The notes under the pieces: model-generated
Database searches by the model: none
What the model saw: the letters and a program-made list of their open reading frames with translations, nothing else
What the model was told of the DNA's origin: nothing
Position numbers and translations under genes: made by a program
Assembly: GCA_973895155.1 (NCBI GenBank)
Contig: OZ316894.1
Span: forward strand, 681,968-745,967
Direction of reading: 5' to 3'
Length of the DNA stretch: 64,000 nt
Source: Marsupella aquatica
Taxonomy: Eukaryota; Plantae; Marchantiophyta
Part shown: positions 38,001 to 48,739 of the stretch, one piece after another
How positions within the stretch are numbered: position 1 is the stretch's first letter
Layout: each line of letters begins with the position of its first letter

Positions 38001-39040
38001 TACGACTTAATCTTGTTTTCACACAAGATGTAAACCAATGCTTCCAATGGCATCTGCTTGGTATACCAAGACCCCTTTCTTGTTTTGGCACGAATAGTTT
38101 GAAATCGCTTGAAGCTTCCGGGGTCGATGATCGGCTTGTAGGCCTCCAAGTCATGAGTTAAAATCCGATTGATTCTATCAGCATCGAGAATCCACAATGG
38201 TTCCACCACAGCTTGCCCTAACCTGTAAGATATAATGGCAAATATTAGCGCCTGGCGCTAACTAACCTTGCAAAAATCAAGCGCAATTGACCGAATTCAA
38301 TAGCGTTTATGCAACTTGAGGAATACTTACTGGTTCACCATGTGCATAGCCGCTTCAAGCTCAACTAGAGAACCTCGATCTCCCTTAAAAACAGTGCATT
38401 GAACACGCGGATGGTACTTGATATTGTCTGGATTCTCATTTGTTACTTGGGTCCACGAGTAGAGTCGATGATTCCCGTCAAAAACACAGAACATCTTATC
38501 CTTCAGAATGTGGAAATCTGGATCAGTAGCACATTCTGCTTCAAACAAGTCGTTCTGGGCAACCCAAACAGCATCCCAGGTCTCCCGAATTTCAGGCGTG
38601 CAGAATTGAACAACTCCTTCTGAATCCGTGGGCTGGACGTAAAACCGCATCCCAATTGAAGAGTTGTACCCAGAGCTCCGAAACGAATCCTTGAGCTTAT
38701 CGATAGATGCACTATTTTTCTGTAAGGTCCAAACGATTTCCATGTGAACAAGCCGACAAAGAGGGATACGCGGCGGCTCTTTCTTCTCCCCTCTGAAATC
38801 GACTCCAAACGACATTGCATATTTCTCGATCACAGCATCCATGGACAAGACTTCCTCGCCCCCGTCCTCCATCGCAAAATCTCCGTATGACTCCATGATG
38901 CCTCGTTTTGGCTTTGGAATCGCCTGACTAATGTTTCGCAAAGAGTTCGACGCAGACGAACGAGTGACTCTCCGAGTATAAACTAATCCGGAGAATGAGG
39001 ACTCGGATGTTTCAGAATGGCCAGGAGAATGATTCTCCAT
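35080..39040 (-). pseudogene. MULE cargo: spliced gene encoding an N-terminal ParB/Srx-like domain and a C-terminal beta-class N4C/N6A DNA-methyltransferase fold
   Basis: ParB-like motif VFDGNHR. MTase-like motifs VDAGFVYLPTG...FLADDGILAIF and LELITRPGDIVMDWTVGSESTFVAGDYCGRFILGIE. Phase-compatible introns at 38330-38223, 36892-36569 and 35856-35659. One stop (37068) and about two frameshifts in this copy. Confidence 0.75.
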
Positions 39041-40274
39041 GTTTGTTTAAGATGCACACACATGGGGAACCCGCACTGCAACGTGCTTCTTGCGTGATGC
39101 AACGTTTCTTGTGGTGCTATACCGATATGGACGAATGATTGACAACGATCCTAAACGTGCGCAGAGGTCGTTCTAACGAGCAAGGAAGACACTATCGCGA
39201 AAAGATCTTATCTGATATACCCTGTGGCAGACCAACATGTATCACAAGTACACATCGAAAAGCACGAGCATCCAAAAGTAGACCTACTAAAGGTTGACAC
39301 TTGTCACATTTTAACTAGTTTATAGGTACTCGTGAATATATTTATCCAGGAATTCGTTATAAATTGTAACGATAAACGGTCAAAGTTACCGTTTAAAAAG
39401 ACCGTTTATGTCAGTATTCTACTTTGATCTAATATTAGCGCCTGGCGCTATTATTATGCTAGACTAAAATATATCTTAAAATGAAAGATTTTAATAATAG
39501 TGCCTGGCGCTAGTAACATTGTACTAAAAAATCATGCAAATGATTGGACTGAAGTGAGAAAGATTTTGTAATAAACGGCTTCTATTTCTATAAAGTTTAT
39601 GAAAGTGCCAGGCGCTATTTTTCTTTTAGTCTCAAATAGGGCTCAAATGTGTAGATTTCAATAATAGCGCCCGACGCTAGTAACGAGACACCTCAAAATG
39701 GTAGATGTTTGGACAAAAAATGTGTAAGTTTCTATAAATAATGTACGAGTACATCTTGACATTTTTATGAATTTTATGATAGCGCCTGGCGCTATTATTA
39801 TGATAGCTTCTACTCGATCTCAAATGGATCGATTTTAATATTAGCAGAGGGTAATATTGTCGTCTGACATAAATAAGGGTCTATTTCCAAGGAAACCCGA
39901 TATATTTCCAAGGAAACCCGATACCTGTCGTAGGATGTTAACCTGTGTGAGTAACCAAAATGGCCAATGATCTTTGCTTTTGTTGTTCATTTTTTGGGCT
40001 CTTTCAGATGTGGAAAATGCTAGCGCCTGGCGCTACTATATTACCCCTTTGGTTACAACGTCAAAACCATTAATTCAACAGTAACTATCCGCTGAATTGA
40101 TGGTTTTGTCATTTCTTGAACGGTAAGAAAATCCGTACCCAACGGATCCTATAACCGCTCGACGGCTCTTTCCGTTTGAGACTTGGATTTAGAAGAAACC
40201 CTCAACCATACAAACTAGCTTCATTTTACCATGTATCATTATTTTATGTAGTCGGTTATCTTTGGGGAGTTAGA

Positions 40275-43200
40275 ATGTCTCGCATTATTGGAATAATGTG
40301 TCCGAATACAGGTGACGTTGTGATGATCCCTGTGTTGATTTCCGAAACCAAGAAACGTGTTAGTGATAATTACCTGTGTGGAAGATTTGGGGTGACGAGA
40401 AAACATATTTTGAGTATCAGAACTTTGAACGATGGGCCCGCTCATTTTGATACTGAAGCGGAGGACGTTGTTTGGAATCTCAAATATGGCGTGGAGTACT
40501 TGATTTTCATTCAACTAAGGGACATCGTTCATGTCAAGGTGGAGACGCATCAGGTCGCTCACGATGTGATTGACCTTACGTCCGACGCTGAATGCTCTGA
40601 GGGTTCTCCACCAATCTCAAAGGGTGGTGAGGTCAATAAGGAGGGCGGAAGTACCAGTTTGTTGATGCCCCAGATACCCCCCGTATTGATTGCGTCGGAG
40701 GAGTCTGATGATGGAGACACTCTAACTCGTCCTGTTCTGGTTGTGTACAGAAGAAGCGCACTTGATGCCTTGTTGAAGTCAACTGGACAAAGTGAGTTAT
40801 CGCGCTTTGTTAGGTCCGAGGCATTCATTCACAAACAGGTTGAATGCTTACCTGTAGAGTACAATGGGAATACCATATTTGAGCTTCCACCTGTTGAAGG
40901 TGTTGGCTCGAAAGGGGATCGTCTGCGAAACATGGATTGATGCAAGGACTGCTACCTCTGGACTAGAATCCTTCCTACTTCTGCTAATGTCGTTCCGAAG
41001 AAGATGTGGGAGTTTGGGAAAGTAAGTTGTAGTGGTTCTCTCGAATGCCGAAATAGAGCATGTGAGTTTTACACCAGGACTCAAGTCAGAAACTGTAATG
41101 GATGGGATGGGACCCCCAAGCTCTCTGGTCAGCATTGTCCTGGGAGGTTTATCGATGCTGGAGGAATTGTTTGTCGCTATTGCCTTCAAGTTCCATTTTG
41201 TGTTGAGTCTTGTCCAGCAAAAATGTTTTATATGTACCCGCAAGTTTTGATCGAAAATGACACTGCAAAACACATGTCACGACTTGCAATCCATATGGGA
41301 GTGCACAACCATCCATGTCGGAAGGTCTGGTCTAGAAGTGCTGAGAAAATAGCAATAGAAGAAATACGGAGACAGCATAAGAAGTCTCCTTCTTCTACAC
41401 CGTGCGTTTTGAAAAATGAGATCACTGGATCTTTAATGGATGCCGTAGGTGAGTCTGTGGATGACATTTCAAAGCTAGAAGAATCAGAAATCTGGAAATC
41501 ACTTATGCTCGTTTCAACGCCTCAGAAGTTTTCTGCGTTATTTAAGAGCGTTCGCAAAGATCAGGTTGGTCGAGGTGATTTGGAATATCTGGTTCGCATG
41601 CAGAAGAATGTTACGTTTCCTTTTCTCCAAAGATATCTTCTTCCTGGGCAGGGCTGTAAAGGTGATAGAGCGCATATTTTCAAAATGACTATCAAAGGTC
41701 ATGGATCGGGAGTAGATTTATTGCGTCAGATGAAGAAAGGGGGGCCTCTACAAGGAGCATGGGTGAGCTTTGACATGATGAAAAGGATGTCGAAAGAATG
41801 GAGTACTTTTAGTGCACATGTGTATGACCATAACTATCGAGCTTTGTGCACAATATTTACTTGTGAACTCAAAGCAGAGGACACTGCATCGCTTGAGAAA
41901 GCTTGGAGGTTGATGATCGAAGTCGCTTTGGAGAACGGTTTAAACGGTGTGGAAATCCATGGTTTCATGGCGGATAATGCTCAGGCGGGATGGATAGCGG
42001 TTAGGAATGTCTTCTTTGACGGCCATCCAAACCCGGAGAGAGAGCGATCGGATGCATTCCACTTTTATCAGTCTTTGCATCGGCACTCTATCGAAGGAGT
42101 ACTTGAAGAAAAACGTGTTGAACATTGAATCCTTTGGGACAAGTTGCGGAATGCCGCTTCATTTGTGGAAGCCTACAGGGTATCACGAGAGATTGATTCA
42201 TGGTGGAGATCTGGAAATTGTATTCCTGGGAAACTTAGAATGTTGCAAGGATGGATCGCTTGGTGGGTTGTGAGGTGGCGTCAGTGGGGAAATTTCATAC
42301 GTTTGGTGAGTCAATGTATACTAGCGCCTGGCGCTAGTATTAATATCCCTTTTCTAATTGTGATATTTACCGATGTTTTTGCCAGCGCCGGGCGCTAACG
42401 TACAAATAGCTTGATAGCTTCTTCAATCTTCACAATCATCATGAAAACATTCATACCTTTCGTCCGCCCATTTTGAAGTTCTACTTTTTTTATTTGATAT
42501 ATTGTACTGAATTTGACAAAACTCTTTTTCAGAGCAAAAGTGCACTTGAAGGGGGGATGATTCCCAATTGCACTGGTTCTGAAGCTGTTCACGGAATCAT
42601 GAAAGCATGGCAGGGAAAGAAAACAGTTGGTTTGTTCGAAGGATGTAAGACCGATCACAACAGAGCAATCTCACAAATAGCAGCCTATACAGCATATCGT
42701 GAAGGGCTCCATCAGGGTACCCGTCCAACAGTGTTTGAATTGGCTTTTCGTTCGGCTGACCAAGCAGGGTCCCCGAAACTCTTCGAAGAAGCCTCTAATA
42801 TGTTACTCGCAAATGCAGCAGAATTTGATTTGGAGAGGGATTCTCCGTTGAATGGGGATTTTGTGACAAAGTCTATGAAAAGAAAAGGTCCAACGACCGG
42901 GAATGTCTCTCCACAAGACTCCCATCGACATGACACGGTTCTCATAACTATGCCAAACACCCAAGGTTGCAAGAGGAGAAATTTGACCTCAGCCGAGTTT
43001 GAGCACATTCTGATACTTGGAACTCCTCCTTCGAATCCAGTTATCGATTTGTCTGAAAGTGGCTCTCCAGTTTCCCATCATGTCACTCAATCTTCCGAAG
43101 TTCCAGAAAGTGTTCCGAACACCACTCCATTCATTCTTGTAGACACTTCGCTTTTTGAAGAGGACGTTGTACCCAGGTCGTGGCATTTGCGGAGAGTTTC

Positions 43201-44026
43201 CAGACACGGTGCTGGACCACAGTGTAATGGGACGTTGTCTGGAAGTTGTGATCGAGATGAGTGTCGTAATTGAATTAAGAAGGTCGGATATCCTTCAAAT
43301 GCAGGGGTTGTCGGAATAGTCGTCAAAGGTTACCGCTTATTCAGAGGTGAACACCATCCAGAGCTTGTTTGGTTCTGCCCCACTCGTGATTGCTGGAAGA
43401 GCCACCCTCGTCGAGGTATTGTGAACCTCCCTACTTGCCCAAACTTTTTGCCAGTACAGAAAGGCACTCATCTTTCAAGTCTGGAGTTGAATTTCCTTCA
43501 CGAGCAGGGCATTGAAGTCTCGAGAGGAGGTGCTGTTTCACGTTGTCCTTCTCCATTTGAACTGAGAATCAACATTGACGTTTTCCCTGAAAAGATCGAT
43601 CTTGCACAAGTCAACATCCATTTTCAAACGAGAAACGGGCATGCGATGAGCTCCAGATCAAATCTCACTCAGGAATATCATAAAAGGATTGAATCAGCAA
43701 CAAAAGAAACAATGACTTTGATCAAAACTATGGAAGTTTCATCGGGAAATTCATACCAAAAACGATTCCAGATACGCACACATGCACATTTATGAACTGC
43801 AAATACTTACTGGGTGCAGATTTGCATTTTCCCTTGTTGCTCTTGTGAAGATTTCTTTCGTCGACATTCTCGAGGGAAACCTTTCATGCCATGTAAACAC
43901 TTGTATTGGGTTTACAAAGTTATCTGCAAGCTTGATCTTGTGGACAATATCCTCCCAAGCCAACCGATTCTTACCATTGCGGAACTACATTATATTCTAG
44001 CAAGGCAGAATGCTTATGGTTTATAG
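40275..44026 (+). pseudogene. Mutator-type DDE transposase with GCM/WRKY-like zinc region and C-terminal SWIM
   Basis: Motifs: CSGSLECRNRAC...HMGVHNHP; VSFDMMKR...FMADNAQA...DAFHFYQS...GSEAVHG; SWIM CSCEDF...PCKHLYWVY. Intron at about 42306-42532. In-frame TGAs at 40938, 42126 and 43271, and a frameshift near 43790. Confidence 0.82.
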
Positions 44027-44672
44027 GAAGGCTTAGTATTCTAGTTTACGGTCAACGGGTATGTAGGACTTGTCGTTTCGTAACGGTAACTTTGTTTTAG
44101 TTAGCGCCCGGCGCTAGTAAACAACATTTGGTTTCTTTTCAACACGGCTCAATGTTTTGTGGGTTGCTCAAAACGCTTAATTTGTTTTTACAATTTTACG
44201 GATGTGTAATTTTCATTGTACGGGTAACAGAGATTTCTTTGTATTCAATCGTCACTTGGACTTCAGTTTTGTTAGCGCCCGGCGCTAGACTTCATTTCCT
44301 TACTTGGTTTCAGTTTGTAGTTTCCAGGTCTGAACGTGTGGATTTCTTTCGCATGCATTCTCAAGGATGACCTTTTCTTGCCTTAGAAACCGTTATCCTC
44401 TGATCATTCCGGTAGATGGTGTGCGGGTATTTTGTTAATGATATTTTTTAACGGTATCAAACGCTTGGTTAGGACTAAGCGCTAGTAAAGGCATCTTCCG
44501 ATAATTGTCGTTTTCCCCATCTTTTTGAGTTGATGTTGAATTTTACCTCTTTGGTTTGGTCCAAAATTAAGCCGTTTTTTGTCAATGATAGTACCAATTC
44601 TCCTGTTTTGTTCAACTATTTTTCCTGCTATGATCATCACTGTTTCCTGTTTCCTGTCACGGAGGTCGGGCC

Positions 44673-44723
44673 CGCTTTCACCATTTCAAAGATGGGATAT
44701 GTTCTTGTGGCGATTACTGGTGA
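44673..44723 (+). pseudogene. PPR-DYW paralog, piece 3 (C-terminus)
   Basis: Reads RFHHFKDGICSCGDYW*. The downstream CCAGATTGAAAG...GAAAGTGAC matches the 3' flank of the intact gene. Confidence 0.93.
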
Positions 44724-47700
44724 CCAGATTGAAAGTTGGTTTGAAAGTGACATGAAAGAAGAACTCACTCATCCCCATTTGTCCTTATGTTCCAATCTGT
44801 CTTGTTCAAGAAATGAGTGATGAAGCATGCTTCATTAGACAGATTCGCCAAACAGAGATGATCCCTCTAAATTCACACTATATCAAGGTCAAGTGAAAAA
44901 TAATTTATGCACATATAGAGTAAATTTTGAAAAGATTCCAATAGGCAGATGGGAGAGGGGATACATACAAAGGAACCCTACTCGTCCATTAATTTCAAAA
45001 GAATGTCGCAAGTGGCAGCATTATTTGCATTGGTTTTTCTGACCAGTGGTCCTAATTTGAAGGCTCTATAAGAACCTAATGTCTTGCTAAATATGTGATA
45101 ATTGTTACAACCCAAGGTTGAGTCTACCATTAACCTGGGTTAAACCTCCTCCTTTAAGTAGTTACCCTAACATCCTTAGTAACTACTGTGATGCCTAGCC
45201 AGGAATCACTAGGCCAGTTTAAATAGTAAAATCAGGAGTGTACCCTGGAAACACATTAGTATGGTAACAAAAAACTGGAAAATATAAACAATTAAGGGTG
45301 ACTATGGAACCCGAGCCGAGGCCGGAAGTAAGGACGCTGGGGGAGGGAACACGATTAGGGTTAGGGCGCGCTAAGTGTCAGCGGTTATGGGTAACCAACA
45401 GGAAGGAAGACCAGACAAGGGGGGGTAAGGACCGATCGCAAGGAATGGTGGCTCATTTGCAAGCACGAACTAAGCAGATGACTATGGGAGGCCAACTACT
45501 GTCAGCTGCTTAGGCAAGCACTCAGGGTGGGAGCAGATACCGACTATCAACTCAAGAAGGGTATGAGCAACGTCAATCAAGCTGATCATTTTTGTGGATG
45601 CCTGTTCGAACGGGCAACTGAGTACATTGGGACCTACAAAGATGAAGAATTTGAGAGAGCAGCTCGAGAACGGCAGGAGCTCGCTCGACTGTGGGAGCTG
45701 CAGAAGTCTGCCTTCTTAGGAGGAGAACTCATCAACGCTGAATTCTTGTGGACACCGACTGGCAACAAACTAGACGACCTTCTGTTTTGCGAGAACAAAA
45801 TCATCGGCATCCGAGAAGCCATCAACTGCTGCAACAACATACATTGGGAGTTGAAGGGTAGCACGGAGGGGTGGATAAAGGCAACCGTGCTGGGAGAAAC
45901 ATCCACGGCAGCCGCTATGAAGAGGAAAGGGAACAGCAACGAAGAGGCCACCCCTGTGAAAAGAACGAGGTCGACGGCACCCAAGAAGCCAGCAGAGTAG
46001 GGAAGCAGGAGGCAGGGAGAAGCCGAAGAAGAGGAGGTCATTCCAACAAGAGATGACACCTAGAAAGGCTGGGCGGCGACCCTTCCCAAGGAAGTGCAAC
46101 TACACTTTGCACGTGAAGAGGATGCATGCTTTACGGCTATGCAGACTCGGAAGTACCAGGGTTTCATAACCGGATCCGGCTTGGAAGCCTTCGTGAAATT
46201 ACCATGGCTGAAACCGGAGGTGCCGGATTCAGACTTACTAGAATTTGTGGGATCATGGGAGCCCGAGACCAATTGGGTGTATGGGAAGGATTTCTATCTC
46301 ACTCCCCGGGTGATTGCCAAAGCGTTTGGCTTGCCAATGGGCAATAAGACCAAAGTAGATACCAGGAAGACCTTGCCAGACAAGGAGTTCCGGTCGTTCC
46401 CAGGGCCATCAACGAAGAATGGCTTCTTCCGAAACACCTACACCAACCCGCACATCGGAGAAATGATCGATTTCTTGCGGGTGACCATGCATTGCAACTT
46501 GCCAAGGCTAGAGATCGGCAAGGCACAGGTCTACGTGGCGGAGAGGCCAAACCCAAGCCGGGACTACAACGGGTACCTCCTCACCCAACTGAAGAAGATC
46601 TCGAAGGAGGAACAGCAGGTGATCGGCATGGGAAGCGTGTCTCAGCTTGGCTATCACATGCCGCTGTTGTGCCGGTATGCCCGAAGTCAAATCTTTGCCC
46701 CGGTACTTCCCCTGCAGGCAAGGGCACCAGAATAGGTTTCGGAACAGAGGCCAGCAGCAGAGAAACCCAACCAGCCCGACAGTCCTACAATCGAGCAGGT
46801 GTTTAGGCCAAGGACGAAAGACTTGCCGATGCAGCAACCAGGCATGCAGAATTTGCTGAAATTGCTGGAGAAGGAAAAGAGAACGGCAACGACACCGATA
46901 CATAACACTGCTCCAGAAGTCGGCCTAAGCCGACTTACAAGGGAAAACCCCTTTATCGGAGCCAAGCAGAGAAGGAGGCCGGAACACGAGCCGGGGGTTT
47001 GAATGTATGTGGGATCAAGCCCCGAATCTGAGGCAGAGCAGCCTAAAGCTCCTATTCACGGTAAACAGAGGGAGAAGACAGCCTGGAAGCCAGAGGAGGA
47101 ACCAGGACCCGTGAGCTATGAGGCCGTGTTCACGGCAAGACCAGGGGAGCAGCAGGGGGAGCAGGTAGTCCAAGCCGTGGAGGAGGCGGTGGAGGACTAC
47201 GGCAATGATAACTCCGGCTACGGGTCAGACCATCATGTTCCAGGAGTAAGGACCTGTGGCCGGTTTATCCCCACTCTTCCAGCAGTAGTTCGAGGGGACC
47301 CCACCCAGCAGAGCAGCCCCAAGTCTCCCCCACCAGATGTCACTCCCCCGAGCTTTGACGGAATAAACAGACGGCACAGGAATTTCAGGAGCAACTCAGG
47401 GAGGAAGAGAAGGCAGCCCTGGCTAGGGAGAAAGATTTACAAGGAGGAGAATGGCCAGAGGACATCAGACGGCTTGCAGAAAAATGAAGCAACCCTCCAG
47501 CCACGATAGAAGAAATCTGAAAGGTGGCTTGGGAAGAAAGGCCGTGGTGGTTGATGCCGATGACTTCTACTCACTCCACCTATATGCTAAAGAAAGAGCC
47601 ATGGAGTACGGGGAGATGTGTGGGGAACTTGCGCTCAACATCTTTGGGGAGGAGTTGGAGCAGGGACCCTTTTTCCAGAGGGAGATATTGGAAAAATGCC

Positions 47701-48739
47701 GATTAGAAGAAGTGGTGGCTTTGGAGAGAAGCAAGAAGGACGAGGTCATCCGATGGCTTAGGGTGAAGGTAGCCGAGGCAGAGGACCAGAAGGCGGCCAA
47801 GAAAGCCCAATATGAGCTACAAATTAAGCGGCATGAGCTAAACATCATGCAGGGGCAATTGGATACCGCTCAGTCTGATAATCGGATTATCAAGGATAAA
47901 CTGACTCGGACCCAAGGAGAGTTGGCCGATGCGGTCAAGGAAAGGGAAAAGTGGAAGCAGGAGCTGAGGGGCGTAGAGGAGGCCCACATAGCCGCCAACA
48001 GCCAGGCCATGGCGGAGACCCAGAGAAGGGAGAGGGCGTTGAAGGGGGAGCTCGAGGATATCCGCGGAGCCCTTGAGCAAAAGGAGGCCAAGTTAGGGAA
48101 ATCCTATCAAGGGATTATTGTGCTGCAGCAGGAGCTTGCATCCCTGTCGGCCGGCTTCAAGCCGCAGTATTTAAGTGCTTGGCTTCATCAGGTCCAACTC
48201 CAATTGGGGCAACCAAGTTGCCAGGAGTAGTACTGGCCGAAGGACAAGCCGCGACACTCACACCGGTGCCGGAAGTAAGTGGCAAGGGGAAGGGACCAGC
48301 TGCCGAACCAGGGAAGAAGAAGAAGCGGAAACCTTCTGGGTCAGGGAGTAATGCGGCTTCTCAAGCCGTCATGACCAAGGAGGTAAACCCATCACCAACC
48401 TCAGGCAGGGTCACGACAAAGGATCCAACTGCCTTAGAAGGCGGGGATGGCAAAGCCAAGGCCAGGACACTCAGTGATGAAGCCGGGGTACCGGATCCAC
48501 CACTAGAGCATGTCGGGGAGGCCGTAGCCGTATTAGGGGCCATGGCTGATGCTGAGGCCGAAGCCGATGCTGGACCCAGTCAGGCCACGGGTAAGTTGAC
48601 TGGGTCTGGGGCAGGTAATCTGTCAGAGGACAGACCTACGGCAGTGGCTGCGAAGGAAGCGTTGGGGGCGTCCATTGAGGACCAGCCACCACTGCCATGA
48701 CGGTGGTGGGGGGCCGCTCCTTTTAAGGAGGGCGGACAT

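Larger units (their letters stand above)
33100..44287. repeat. About 19 dispersed copies of the 15-bp palindrome TAGCGCC-N-GGCGCTA
   Basis: Copies start at 33100, 33485, 33721, 34635, 35747, 35809, 36615, 36750, 38246, 39436, 39498, 39603, 39665, 39780, 40021, 42322, 42383, 44102 and 44273. Eight are perfect. Confidence 0.92.
32907..44672. mobile_element. Mutator-like (MULE) DNA transposon, ~11.8 kb, with long imperfect TIRs
   Basis: The TSD CGCTTTCAC is at 32898-32906 and 44673-44681 (an 8-bp reading is also possible). TIR homology extends about 280 bp (TGACAGGAAACAG...AACAAAACAGGAGA...ATTAACAAAAT). Removing the element restores RFH-HFKDG. Confidence 0.93.

Noticed and set aside
33100-44287. 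The palindromes as a CRISPR array or bacterial contamination
   Set aside because: Spacing is irregular and no cas genes are present. The genes have spliceosomal introns and sit within a TSD-bounded element inside a plant gene.
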